Below are positions 1 through 12,950 of a stretch of DNA of 64,000 nt, one piece after another. How positions within the stretch are numbered: position 1 is the stretch's first letter; each line of letters starts with the position of its first letter. Location: positions 32,738,001 through 32,802,000 of the forward strand of contig CM119372.1 of assembly GCA_051294905.1 (NCBI GenBank). Reading direction: 5' to 3'. The notes beneath the pieces were generated by a model. That model was not told where the DNA came from. It saw only the letters and a list, made by a program, of their open reading frames with translations, and did no database searches. The DNA comes from Botryllus schlosseri. Lineage: Eukaryota. The position numbers and the translations under genes are program-made.

Positions 1-53
1 GCCGCCATAGTCCTCGGCTTATATACAATGTTAGCGTGGCTTGTAGCTAGAAT

Positions 54-887
54 CAGGACAAAAACAGCAAATCGTCCCCCACTCCAAACGTTGGTCTTGG
101 GTCCCTATAGGGTAGCCTAGTTAATTTTCAAGTTGAAGATTTAGTTTCGTCAATAATATTGGTAATTGCAATATATTACTATTCATTTTTAACATTCTCT
201 CAGCCCCCGATGGTCAGATTTATCTGAAGAGCTGGGAGCACGCAATTCATAATTATAACATCTGGTATCTTGTAATAATTACTTTAGGGTATGTTGTTAA
301 TTCGTGACCTTCGGTCTGTTATATAATCAAAAGATATTGTTGTGGTCAAAACGTAGCAGACTAAAAGAAATACTTGCGTGAGACGCACACACAAATTGCC
401 ATGTCTTTAATGCTCTGTGGGTGCCAGGGTGGCATTTGCATTGGGGGCTTAGATTGGAAGGACCGGACTATTAGTCACGCCCACCCAGCTCGGCTATTGA
501 CAATGAACGCATACCCCAAGTTTCGGCCAATGTCTTTCATTAGTAGCACACTTCGTGGGTTCGCATGTTGGCCGAAACTGCATATGTATTTTGCAGGGAT
601 ATCTAGACTCTAGATATCCCTGGTATTTTGGTGTGTCGTGGCGCAGTATTGACTGGCACCTAAATGCCTGTTACTATAAATGATGCATGAGGAGACGTAG
701 GCTATGCATTTCAAAATCAAGCTATCTAGAGATATTTAAATCGCAATGCTCGTAGGCAATTTCCAAGTTCATGAAATCTCTCGAAAATAGTCTATAATTT
801 GCGTTGGTTTACGAAATACTTTTGAGTCCCCTTCGAGCTCGCTCCCCACCCTATTAGGAAATTTGGGGTGCGGCAGTTGTGGACCTG
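54..887. mobile_element. Non-autonomous TIR element, family A (CAGGGCCGTAAC-type ends), decayed copy
   Basis: Ends CAGGACAAAAACAGC / GCAGTTGTGGACCTG; flanks GCTAGAAT / GCAAGAAT (8-bp TSD, 1 mismatch); internally homologous to 7699-9161. Confidence 0.7.
594..622. mobile_element. 29-bp palindromic micro-insertion with 8-bp TSD
   Basis: CAGGGATATCTAGA-C-TCTAGATATCCCTG flanked by GTATTTTG on both sides; absent from the matching position of other family A copies. Confidence 0.8.
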
Positions 888-1045
888 GCAAGAATGCAAA
901 TCGTTGGGTGCGATAAATCGTCCAATATAAAATGGGCAATGGGTACTTTATGACGTAACAAGCAAATGTCGCATCTTTTTAAAAGAAAGTTTTTGTCTCA
1001 TTAGGCCTTTGTCTTCCAATATAAGTTGTAAGAAGCCAAATATAT

Positions 1046-1204
1046 GTAATCGTGAGTAATCGTGATTACTTTTCCAAAGTAATCGTAATCGTAATCGACT
1101 ACTTCCTGATTTTGCTGTAATCGTAATCGTAATCGTAATCGCGTTATTCAGAAGTAATCGTAATCGCAATCGATTACATTCACGAAGTAATCACCCCATG
1201 TCTG
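1046..1204. repeat. (GTAATC)n-rich subterminal array, probable MITE end
   Basis: Many GTAATC/GATTAC units ending in CCCCATGTCTG; partner end not found. Confidence 0.5.
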
Positions 1205-2081
1205 TAAGGAACACCGATTCCTCTTCGGCAACGTGTTTACTGTTTGCGGGGATGAACTTCGAAAAGCTATCAAGCCACATCTCAACATAGCCTCTCTTGT
1301 GGCTCTGTGGTGTTGTCTTGTCTGTCTTGTCATCATGTGGGACAAAATGAGGCATTTATTAGCAAGATATGTTATGAAACTTCGCTGCTTTGAACCTTGT
1401 CCACTCTTATGATCAGGATATACTTGACTGAATATAGTATATGCATTTAGAGCTGCGATGTCGAGCAGACTGTAGAAGAGAACTAGAGGTCATCGGCAGG
1501 TTTGTCGTTTGCAAGTGTATGATAGAACCATTTGGTCAATCAAGTCCACACAAATCTGGTTATAAAATCTGATGATCACAGGCCTCTTTTTTCTATTTCA
1601 ATTGGCTGCGGGTCAAAATGACCCCTGTTATGCATTCTCGGGGTACTTAATGAAAAATGCATTTTTTTGTCAAAAGTAAAATTGTACAGAACAATTTTTT
1701 CTCATCATGTATAAGTATAAAAGACTAACAAAGGCAAGAAATTCCAGAACTTAATTCCCAATATGTGTTAAGCAGTTATGATGAGTAGCACCGTTTGGGT
1801 CATTTTGAACCTGTTCTGCATTCTAGGGTTAAGAAAGTTTTTGATAGAAATGTCAACAAAAATTAGCAGGAGTTTGTAAGAAGCGACAAAATAAATGTAT
1901 AAAGCAGAATTGTTAACTTAGGGTCCGTGAATCTTTCGGGGGTCCGGAAACTACTATCCACAGGTTCCATGAAAAGGCCAAAAAGTCCAGTGATTAAATG
2001 TGGACTTACAGCCAATCTGTGGATTGATGAATCCAGCGATCAGGATACAAATGATATCCAGCGATAAGGAAGTAGATGGTC

Positions 2082-2476
2082 CAGTGGTTCCCAACCTTTT
2101 TCGACTCGTCGCCCCCTTATCAATCTCAACACAAATTTTCGCCCCCCCCCCATATTTACGAATCTGAAAAATAGAACATATAAACGGAAAATTTATTCAC
2201 TTAACTCTGATTGCTTGGGAATTTTCCGAGGTGATAAGTGCTCGGAAAACCGGTTTCCGCGTCTGCTTCCCGTTGAGATAACCCTTTTACGCGTCATATG
2301 CAGAATAAGCCATCTTCACATGCATTTTTCGACGAGTTAATTAAATATATCTCACCTGACGTTCTAACATTTTTTCTCCCCAGTCGCCCCCTTTGGTGTT
2401 TTTCGCCCCCTTGTTTCTCAAAATCGCCCACTGGGGGGCGATATCGGCTACGTTGGGCTGGAAGTGGGAACCACTG
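2082..2476. mobile_element. hAT (Charlie/Buster-like) MITE
   Basis: TIRs CAGTGGTTCCCA / TGGGAACCACTG; an internal part recurs inverted at about 47400-47510. Confidence 0.75.
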
Positions 2477-3029
2477 TATTAAGCGATTAGGAAGTAGATG
2501 ATCTCTGCACCTAAAAGTATAGTAAATATTTCGAAATCGGTGATAGAGGGCTCGATTTTTTAAATTTAACGCAAATACTAAACATTTTCCTGTTGTCAAT
2601 GTTCATGCCCCCGCCATCGATATCTATTCTAATTACACCTCGAAAATGCAGTAAAATTTGATTTTTCGATATTGTGGTGCAATGCTGAAGTCAATTGAGT
2701 CCAAGCTGGTACAAAACATCGAATTAAACAAACAGAAACTCACTTTCATGCACTAGAAATTTAGAATCCTCTCCTGATCCGGATCCGGAAGTCGAGCAAA
2801 ACATGAGTGTCTGGATCCGATCCTGATTGAGAACAACTTCCCGGATTCATGTCCGGTTATAATCTAAAATCCTGATCCTGTAGCCCTATCGCTAATGTTG
2901 ATACCGAATTGACAAGTCAGAATACGCCAGATTCACTCAAGCTATGCATAAAGCAGGATGTTTCGGATTTTTCGCAATCAGTAATTCAATAAGATTTTTA
3001 AAAGCGTCGAAATGCAAAGTTGTAACCAA

Positions 3030-3599
3030 AAAAGTCACAGAGTCGCGAGTCAGTCACAAGTCAATTCTACTTTTATAGTTTTGACTCGAGCCAAAGTCGA
3101 GTCATTTTCAATTCATCACTGAGTCAAGTCCGATGCCAAGTCAGGGTTCAAAGGTTCGAGTCCGAGTCACAGTGTTGGGATTAGAGTCCGAGTCCTATAG
3201 TCATTGTGTTGTGTTCACTGTTCATTTTCGAGTTCAATGTTGTTCAACTCACTCAAATCTGTTTGGATGACATTGAATGCCTAGCATTCATAGGTAATTT
3301 TCCTCACTTTACAAAATTTCTGACCCTATTTTACGAACACCAGTACTGATAGCCAAAATACCAATCATGTGGTAGCTTACAATGCTTCGAAGTTACACCG
3401 AAATGTTAGTCTTAGCCGTCCGAGTCTCAAGTCATATGACCTGGTTGTGTCATGTGCAATAACTGGAGTACAAGTCGAGCAAATATATTGTCTCTGCCGA
3501 GTCGAATAATTTTCTATATTTTGGAAAATAACCGGGGTCAAGTCAAGGCACCAAAAAACCCCACTCGAGTCTGACTTGAGTCGAGTCATTACAACCCTG
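3030..3599. mobile_element. GAGTC/GACTC-array MITE, partial
   Basis: Dense (CG)AGTC repeats at both ends, right end ATTACAACCCTG; same motif class as 44920-46250. Confidence 0.5.
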
Positions 3600-3619
3600 G
3601 AATTTAGTAGGATTTAATC

Positions 3620-4488
3620 CATGGGCGGGCAACATACGACCCGCGAAGGGATTTTGTCCGGCCCGCGGACAGTTTTCCATCTTACATGATAATGTGGCCC
3701 GCGTCCCCAGTCTGCCAAGACTCCCCACTACTTGCTTACTACGTCAAATTTTAGTGACTGTATGTTATTATATACGTGTATGAGCAGCGTTGCGAGATTA
3801 GAGCTTTCGCGGAAGTTCGTCGAAGCGAGAAGACTTGCATTATCGGCATTTACGATGCACTCAACCCTAATGTCGTCTGTGGTAATCATGATTTTTATCG
3901 ACTACAATGGTCATTTACACCAGGCTGATATTTCTTATTTTTGATTCCGTAACCGCCGACTTGTAGCACGGCACACTTCTAGGCTTTTTGCACCGCATAT
4001 GCCAGGGGTCGCCAACTCAAAACGGGTCGCAGGCCACCTTTCAAATTTCGTAGAGGGCGCGGGCCGCATGAATTCAATATCGACATTAATTTGGCCACAC
4101 AGTTGAAGAACGACGCTGTCCCGTCACCTACTCAACCCTAATGAATTGGTATCTAGGTAAATTAGGGTTACCGGGCTTATCGAACGCCTTGAAATCCTAA
4201 TTAGGGATTCACCGTGTGTTGATTGATCAGATAGAAGCAGACATGCAGACACAAGCAGACACAAGCCTGTATGACAATGTTATTCTCAAATACACATTGT
4301 CTTCGCCATCAGGGGCGAGAATTGGCTTTGAAGTGACATTGCTGTCGTAAAAATACATTCATTAAATACGATTTATTCCTTGTATATGTGGATAAATGGG
4401 CGAATAATGTATCGATTCAGCAATCCGGCCCGCCAAGTACTCAATTTTCCTAAATCCGGCCCGCCGACTGGTTAAATTGCCCGCCCTG
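3620..4488. mobile_element. hAT MITE
   Basis: TIRs CATGGGCGGGCAA / TTGCCCGCCCTG; TSD ATTTAATC / ATTTAAGC; CGGCCCGC subterminal motifs; right ~240 bp repeated at about 10833-11076. Confidence 0.75.
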
Positions 4489-4744
4489 ATTTAAGCAATT
4501 CTTTCGAGCAACGCTCACGACACCTAAGTGGATGTGGGTGTCTGATTTCGAAGACTATTCCAATTTTCAAGTCGTTGTGGCACCTTCCTATCTTTTATTG
4601 TATCGCAGTCTTGTGGTGTTTCGAAATTATGAAATTGTTAACAATAAATTGAAGTGAAAAAATTAATCACTAGGGCGCAGAATTTGTCTCTACGGGTGGC
4701 ATTTGTAATGTGCATGGGGCTCAGATGATCAGGACAATAGTATT

Positions 4745-4995
4745 CAGAGGTGGTTAGTGACGAAGTACTTCTACTTTTTGAAGTAGATTTTGCCTACTCG
4801 CACCACTTATTAAGTAGTTAAGATTTTAGACTACTTCTACTTGACAGTTTTCAGTTTTTTAGGCAAACATAGGCGTAAAATACCTACTTACTTACTTGCT
4901 TGTGAACTGCCACTCCTACTTCTACTTGAGTAGAAATTCCGGCGTTACTTCTACTTCTACTAGAGCAGCGACGGTGACTACTTTGACCACCTCTG
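4745..4995. mobile_element. hAT MITE family B, short inverted copy
   Basis: TIRs CAGAGGTGGT / ACCACCTCTG and CTACTT repeats matching the ends of 18958-20266. Confidence 0.75.
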
Positions 4996-5662
4996 ATTGC
5001 AATAGGCACGGGCGATCTAGTCACCCGTCAACGGCTTTTGTGCGTCGTGACGCGGTAATGGCCGACGCCGAAATGTCTATCTCTATAAATTACGCGGTTT
5101 TTGGGTGGAGGAGGGTACCCATTTTAAGAGCAACACAGCTGTTGATATCACACCGCAAAGAAAATTTGTAAAATGTATAAATTTTCAATAAATTACTCTA
5201 TATTTTGTTTTAATTCACGCAAGAATTTGGGGCTCCCTTCGAGTTCGCCCCCCTCCAATTGGGGGTTCGAATGTGGCTATAAGCTTGAGAACTTTGTTCT
5301 CTCGTCTCCACGATTATATGTCCGACAAAATAACTATAGGGTTGAAAGGGTGATTGAGTGCCTGTTCGCATTGATCACACGATATTTAGCCCTTGCTTTT
5401 GGATTATATGATGCGACAATCAAGTGCATCAGCGATCCTTTTCGATGTGCAGCCTGCAATTTTCGAAAATAAATGCCAGATACCGACTGTAATTCGGTGC
5501 ACTGCGACAGCTGTAATTGCCATGGATCCTACAAGCGAATGCTAGTTCAAATGTATGCTACATTGATCATCGAATCTCGAAGCAACACAGCTTGCAACAC
5601 CAACCAGTAAGCTTATCATACTACATTGCGGATACTCGTCTTGACAGCACGACATCACGGCG

Positions 5663-6619
5663 ATGGACGACATAAATCAAACTTCATCTACCGTTGACGT
5701 TCGGATTAATCTAGGTACAACCCAAAAGACGTACTGGTCGGATGTATCCAGTTTTAAAATATGGCTGACGTCGGTCATAACATCCAGTCTGTTTCTGGTG
5801 ATATCTGCGTACATTCTAGTTAGATTACTGATCGACTCGATGCGAAATGGAATATATCATGACGGAAGCTGGCAGATTTTGCCGGCTGAGAGATATTGGT
5901 CTGGTGCTATGTCTGTCTGTCGCATAACGTCAGTGACCTGCGGCGCTGTGGTCTTCGTGGAAGACTTGTTCGTGCGGGTAGCAGTCGATCACTTCATGCA
6001 GTACCTGTGTCATGCTAGCAAAGTCACAAAAGTAGTCGCGATGAGTGTTGGATTCATATCTAGCTACATGGTGATGTGGGTGAGGCAGAAAATGGCGTAC
6101 GACAAGTCCACGGCTAGAAGTCTTCGCGATGAAAACACGAGAATGGTGTCCGCCTTGGTCCCGATCTTGCTCTTCGGAACAAGCATCAGTTACTGCTTAT
6201 CATACGTGTTAGTAACTACGTTCGGAATGATCGAAGCTGGTTGTGCAATTGAGAAGCTACAGGTCCCCACCCGTCAACCGTGGATCATTGCATGTGTGAT
6301 ATTCGCCATGATGCAAATACTTATCCTCTGGCTTTTCCATCAACCATTGAGGAAGAACGAACTGAGTAAAGACGACCTATTAGGAGATCTCAAGCCTATA
6401 TTGCAGCGCGGATTTTACACTACTCTCGGTTGCTCTGTATCCGACTCCATCAGTTCAGCGTTGGCAGTGACATCAAAATTCGAGGACGGAGTGAAGTTGA
6501 GTTTGGTGAATAATATCAGCGTGTTTACAAACGTGATGATGGTGACGGTCTCCTACATTACCTGGAAGGACACCATACTGTTTCGAAGGTCGGTTGAGGA
6601 AGATAATGCGGAACAATAA
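5663..6619 (+). CDS. Intronless orphan seven-transmembrane (GPCR-like) protein, 318 aa
   Basis: Long intact ORF in non-repetitive DNA; seven hydrophobic segments; N-terminal NQT sequon; Cys at top of TM3 and in the TM4-TM5 loop; AATAAA at the stop. Confidence 0.8.
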   Translation: MDDINQTSSTVDVRINLGTTQKTYWSDVSSFKIWLTSVITSSLFLVISAYILVRLLIDSMRNGIYHDGSWQILPAERYWSGAMSVCRITSVTCGAVVFVEDLFVRVAVDHFMQYLCHASKVTKVVAMSVGFISSYMVMWVRQKMAYDKSTARSLRDENTRMVSALVPILLFGTSISYCLSYVLVTTFGMIEAGCAIEKLQVPTRQPWIIACVIFAMMQILILWLFHQPLRKNELSKDDLLGDLKPILQRGFYTTLGCSVSDSISSALAVTSKFEDGVKLSLVNNISVFTNVMMVTVSYITWKDTILFRRSVEEDNAEQ

Positions 6620-7698
6620 TAAACCTTTACTAATACATCAATTTGCGACACATTATGGTCAAACATTCGATAAGTCCTGGGCCTGGGTATCTGCAGACAC
6701 CGATGACCATTTTATTTAGCACCGTATTGCCGAGGCAGGGACTCGCTGCCCGCACCATACTTTAAGCCACACGACACACAAAAAGAATTAAAATCTGAAA
6801 GAAAGGACCGTTCTATAACCGCCCATTTTGTATGAAAAGTATTAAGTATTTGGTCTTTCGTAAATTTTGATGAACGTTACGCCATAATCGTCGTGAATAA
6901 ATTTTCGATACGTGACGATTTCCATTAGAGAAAATTTGCTTGCTATGGTTGAACATTTAGCTCCAGCAATCCATACATGGTGGCTTCTGTCGCGTTTCGT
7001 GCTACAAGAACTTAGTGATGGAGTTTAGGCTAGGATTGTTCGCCGATGCTACATTTCGAGGGTCTAAAATTGATGCACGTACGAATTCGCAACAACCAAA
7101 GGCAGTATATATGGATGACTATTTTGCAATTATGTACATTTTAGTGCTGTTCCGCTTCATTTCCAACAGCTTGTCGCTTGGTTTTATTTATATTGAAATG
7201 TTTCGTGTCCGCATTATGCATTATTAAATACATCCTGCTAAGCAAAGTCTTTGTATCTAACCACGAGTATTCTTTTTGTTTTGATAAACGGGGGAGGTTG
7301 AACTTTATAACGGTTGATGGTTGCGAATGAATGAGTTTGTATAAGAATAATCCAAGAAATATATTGCGAAATTTACAGTATACACACGCTTCGGAATATG
7401 ACGTAAACTTTCGGGGAAAATGAAAGACGATTTTTACACAAGCACATCTTCAAATCATTATGCCTGACCATGAGCCTAGGAGTTCCCGCAACCGTCATAT
7501 AGCTAGGGCTCGGCACAATCGAATCTGAATCGAGTATTATAATTCTAATGCTAATTCGAGTTGAGCATTGAGAGACGTTTTTTTCGAGTACGAAAGTTAT
7601 ACGCTCCTCGCTACTGAGAGTTAATTTGTCAACGAGAATCATATTTTCAAGGGAATTTGCCAATGCGGAAGGCTGTAACCTCGAAACATGTAGTACAA

Positions 7699-9161
7699 CA
7701 GAGCCGCAACAGCACTTCGTCAGGCCCCCCCCAAAACGTTGGTCTCGGGCCCCCCATAGGGTGGGAAATCTAACTTATGGGGGGCTTCGCCCCCCAGACC
7801 CCCCTCCGACTATACGCTGTTTACATACGGTGTGCGCTGTTTCTTCAATGCTTGTCCGTTTAGTGAGTCTGCTTTGCTTGCCTAATCGCGCGAAGCGCGA
7901 GAAAATTTTGTAATTCACGACTGAATACGTCAATATGACGCTGTTTATACATGGAGTGTCCGTTTAGTAAGTCAGCTTTGCTTGCTTAATCACGCGAAGC
8001 GCGAGAAATTTCTATAATTCATGACTGAATCTGTCAATATGGTCGGTATTACTTATATATTGCTATCAATTTTTATCCTCTCTCTGCTCCCGTAATCTGA
8101 TTTACCGGTAGAGCTGAGTAAAGTGTACTTGAAAAGGTAGGACCCCTCAATAATAATTGAACATCTCCGGGTGTATACCCGTTGGCAGGAACGAAACAAC
8201 ACTTCGTCAGGCCCATAAAAAACTTGAGTCTTGGGCTCCCATAGGGTGATAAACCGACCCCCCCAAATCACGTTGTTCGCGTTTGTCATGTAATTACAGT
8301 TGTACAGTTCAGTTAGCCAGCGCCACGCGCGAAAACTTTTGATAATTGATGATAAAATCGGTCAATAAGATTGGGAATTGCATATATATTGCCATCAATT
8401 TCTTGTCCTCTCTACTCACGAAATCAGATTTACCGGTAGAGCTGAGTAAGATGTCTTTGAAACTGTAGAGCCCGTAAATAATAATTAAACACCTTCTGAC
8501 GGGCGGACTCATTGGTATGACTTCGTTACATGATGTTACTTCGTGACCTCCTGTCTGCTATATCAAAAAATATAGAATCGCCCAAACGTAGCCTACTAAA
8601 CTAAAAGATCACACGATTTCAAATTGGTATTTCTTCACTGGCATGTAATTTTTCGATGCGGGATGGTATCTGTCCTATGAGGTTCAGATTACCAAGACAG
8701 GAACATTCGGCGCCAGTCATTTAGGCGACTATGGACAAATAAACCTATATGTCGCCTATTTCGTAGCCTATAGCCTATATAACGAAGTTTTCGGTCATCA
8801 TAAGGGCAGTCCTTTTCTGCCAAGGTTTCTCGCTGCCGATCGTTCTGGCACACTTCTTGGAGTCGCGTGTTACATGGCCTAAAACTGTATATGTCTTGGT
8901 GCGTCGCGGCGCGGTAATGGCCAACGCCGATATGCCCATTTCTATAAATCTTGTGTATTTTTCACTGGGGTAAGAGTACCCAATAATCATCACATTTGGC
9001 AACTTGAAATCGCGCGCAGCGCGAAAAATTTGTGAAAATGTCGCATAAAGTTTCAAAAAAATGCTCTATAATTTATGCTAATTCACCAAAAAATTTGGGG
9101 CCCCCTTCGAGCTCGGGCCCCTCCCAATTGGGGGGTTTGGGGTGCGGCAGTTACGGCCCTG
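7699..9161. mobile_element. TIR element family A, full-length copy
   Basis: TIRs CAGAGCCGCAAC / GTTACGGCCCTG; direct repeat AGTACAA on both flanks; internal duplicated blocks. Confidence 0.85.
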
Positions 9162-9642
9162 AGTACAAAGCTACGCACGTATGTGAACTTGTGGAGTCGT
9201 GATAGCTCACATCATTGTCACAACTCACAAGTGCAATGATTTCCCCGAATTTTCAAAAACTCTGACGTTCGCTGTGACGGACTCGAGTTTTTGATAACAT
9301 TTAATACATTTTCTACAAAACGAGTGCTGTCGCTTCGTCTGATGATTTTTTTCGAACAACAGGTGGATAGTTTTTCTGCACGGCACACATTTTTCTGTGC
9401 TAGCAGCTTAGAGGGAGCATTTCCATTTACCCTGGGTAAAACGGTGCTTGCTGTGCAAGCAGTGAGCACAATTGCAAGTTACAGTTACTTAGTAGTGTTT
9501 CCCTTTCTATCAGGTGAAGCAATATTTAGGAAAGTGATGGAAAAGTATAGGCCTACGTATCTACGTGAATGATATTACTTCTATATTCTTACACGTTGTT
9601 ATAGTCTGTATACTGTTTTCTGAAGCTTTCACTTTGCTGATT

Positions 9643-10540
9643 ACCCTGGTCAACACATATTTTTAGGCAGACAGAGTAAGAGTGGTCTTGGGGGCTCCGA
9701 AGGGCACTGATTTCGAATATCACCTAAGCTCTGTATTTGGAGATAACTCATGGAGCTATTTTGACTAAAATCTCATATTTTCGCTGTATGGGCTGGATAA
9801 AAATAGGCCTACGGTTCAGTCGGATTATATTGTTCAGAAATTCAATCTACTTGTTATTTTTACACACTGAAGACTGTTTTAAAACAAAATACAGCAACAT
9901 CATTATATTTAGGGCATTAGATTTATCATAGTTGTATGTAGCCTACATAAATAAACTATAATAATCATATATATATATGTATCTATCTAAATACTCATAT
10001 AACATTGCATTAATTCAATCAGTTTTATGTCAGCCACCTATTGTAAATTCAAAATAATCAGTTGGAATGTAATATTATTAATTTATCTTAAAAGAAAATT
10101 GTTTTCTGGACGATTTTCGCTTTTAAGCAATTTAGTGCAGCCTCTCGAGAGATTCCAGCACTATTTTGCCATAATATGTTCACGTTCAGCCCATCTGCCC
10201 TGATATCATTCTTTTGTCGTTTTGACGTCTTGATGGAACCTTAACCTAGCCCTTCACTCTAATCACAGAGATGATCAGAAAATATATCAAGATGACTGAA
10301 CAGGAAGTGAACTTTAATGCTGGTGTTTTCTCCAAGTTTTCCATATGCAGAACCAATTTTTGGACCAACTGTTTGTAGTTGAGTGCTTTGAAATCTTCAA
10401 AAAAGTTTAATTTGCTACATCCTATAAGGAATTCATTGCAGTGAGCTCTTTTCTAATTATGAAATTTAAATCTTACATCCATATTCGAATCTGAAGTCCA
10501 TCAAGGATTAGGGGGACCATAAGCAAATTCTCAAAACTCA
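9643..10540 (-). mobile_element. Decayed Chapaev3-like DNA transposon, 3' part with transposase remnant
   Basis: Minus strand at about 10140-10340 reads SIKVHFLFSHLD...FHQDVK...YQGRW...CWNL with stops and frameshifts, matching my recollection of the Chapaev3 C-terminal motif; terminus resembles the reverse complement of 16837-16928. Confidence 0.55.
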
Positions 10541-11173
10541 TTAGCGCCAACTAGTGTGTTTCAAAATGAGGTATGAACACATCATAGTGTTCTCTATTGG
10601 TTGGACTCAAGCAAATCTCACGGCTCAGTGAAATTAGTCTACGTCACACTTTCCATTTGGATAAAGGCAATTTGACGGTAATTTTTGACCGGCTTGCCGG
10701 ACGCGAAATCTAATAAAACGGGTATAAATCGAAAGCTACCGCGGCACTGATTGTAAATATATAAATTTTATTCAGCTTGTGGTCGTGAAACCCCCAAAAT
10801 CAGCCTCGAATGCTGCATTGTAACGGATCAGAGAGAAGCAGACGTGGCGGCGCCAGTATGACAATGCTGTTTGCAAATCCACATTGTCTTCGTCATTATT
10901 GACAAGAGATGGCTTTGAAGTGACATTACTTTCATTAAAATACATTCGTTAAATACGATTTATTTCTTGTAGATGTGGATAAATGGCCGAATAATGTATC
11001 GATTCAGCAATCCGGCCCGCCTAGTACTTAATTTTCCTGTATCCGGCCCACCGACTGGAGAAGTTGCCCGCCCCTGAACTATGGAGTGAATATCCTCAAT
11101 GTAATTCTAATGCCTTGTTTCGGCGATGCAATATTGTTCGGAACAATGCCATATTCTCATCATTGGTGGGGAT

Positions 11174-11425
11174 TGTTATCTTCTTGATCTTGTTTGAACA
11201 ATAACTCATACGACGAGGTTGCAATACGAAATCAGTATTATCAGCAGTATGACTTCAAGACAGGCGACACGATCCAGAGTTCAGTTAAACGAAAGCCCAG
11301 TAGTCAACAGAACACAGGGTATAAATACAAAGCACGACACACGAGGAAATAATGATTGGCGGTAATTACTAATCCTAGACAAATGAGAGACAAACGATAC
11401 CAACGTAAAATGCACGAACATAACA
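11174..11425 (-). repeat. 3' LTR of the Gypsy element (252 bp)
   Basis: TGTTAT...ATAACA termini; preceded on the minus strand by PPT AGGGGAGGAC (11426-11435); homologous to 25424-25679. Confidence 0.92.
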
Positions 11426-11557
11426 GTCCTCCCCTGTAAGTTTAAAGTACAAGATAATTTACGTTGGCCGATAGAAATCAGTTTTGGTCCTAATTCTAAG
11501 ATGATAACGTCTGCCCGACGTTCGAGCAGGACTAGCTGCAGGACGTTGTGCCCTATG

Positions 11558-12648
11558 TAGCGTTGGGACCCCGGGTAATCCCGATCCCGGGATCCCGGGA
11601 TTTGAAGCAATCCCGATCCCGGGATTAATCCCAATGAAATCCCGGGATTTGTAAACAGCATTTTCCAAGGCTTACGTAGCGCCATATCTCTTATTTTGGT
11701 AATAAAGCAATGTCACAAACTCTGCTGATCGTCTAAATAACAATTCACAATTATTTGATATTAAAGCCAACTATGTCATAACAATGATTTACACAATCAC
11801 TTTCGTCGTAGTCTACGGATCGTAGCAGTGTATCGGAAAGTCACAAGGACGGTGCGGTGGAGGTGAAATACAGGTCGAACAATAGCGAATTTCGATTCGA
11901 AGATGTCAATGCGAAGAAAAAATTACATGTTTGGCGACACTGTTTGTTTTATAAATCTACATAAAAAGCCAAATGCAACTTGTCTCAAGACGTTTTGAAA
12001 GCTTCAGTGTCTAGCATAAAGGGACTGATAACGCATTTAAGGTCTGTAAAAATGATAGTAATTAAACCATGCATGATTCAATCGGACACGTCAAAGAAAG
12101 ATCAGCCAAAATGATAATGAAGAAGATCGATTCCTATAAAATAAATCGCATAAGCCTCGCCTCGATGAACTTCTTAACCAGTTAACTGCTGTGGACGGGT
12201 AAACATTTATTCAATTACCCAAAATGAGTGAATTCGTCGGGCCTTCAAGGCTTATGGCTATGACTTGTCAAGATGTCGCAAACGGGTTTGTGACTTGGTG
12301 ATCGAGCACAGCAAATAAATCCGTAAGTGTGTGGAAGAAGAGCTTATGGCAATGAAACGCAACATTGGACGTTTTTCGATCACGTTTGACGAATCAACTT
12401 CTACACGAAACAGGCGGTACACGAATTTAAACGCTCACTATCCGGGTGGCCTTCGGTCGCTGGTTTCATTCGTCTTCACGGGAGCATGTTTCTGCGTCAA
12501 TACTACAAGGAATAAATGTTGTGTGTGTAGCTTGTATGTGTATTTTACTATACTTTGCTAATCTCGGGAAATCCCGGGATTGAGAAGCGCAAATCCCGGG
12601 AAATCCCGATCCCGGGATTTCAAATTTGATCCCGAAGTCCCAACCCTA
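11558..12648 (+). mobile_element. Internally deleted hAT transposon inserted in the Gypsy pol tail
   Basis: TIRs TAGCGTTGGGAC / GTCCCAACCCTA; perfect TSD GCCCTATG; ATCCCGGG arrays; remnants of a BED finger (VWRH...AKCNL...LITHL) and FSITFDESTS. Confidence 0.9.
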
Positions 12649-12950
12649 GCCCTATGTCTGACCAATGGTTGCTCAGCTTGTGACTGTTGCGGCTGAGCAA
12701 CTTCCTGTGTGGCTGTATCATGACCAGTGGAAATCAAGCGTGGTTGAAGTTGGTTTTTGTGCCTCCTCCAATAACCATGATGTGTTTTTATAATGTACAC
12801 AACACGCCCCCGTATTTCCGTCACCACGCCAGCACCCCACTTTGGTTCGCGTCGGTAACTACGAGCGTAAACCGAGGAACCAATCCCGAAATGAGTGACT
12901 GATTGTCTAGGCGTAACGGGTTTCGATTTATCGAAGGGCGAGCACAAACT

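Noticed and set aside
948..1345. ORFs with ITITIT / RLRLRL runs
   Set aside because: Translations of the GTAATC repeat array, not genes.
1600..1832. Possible piggyBac MITE ending ...CATTCTAGGG-TTAA
   Set aside because: Only one end found and no matching left TIR, so boundaries cannot be supported.
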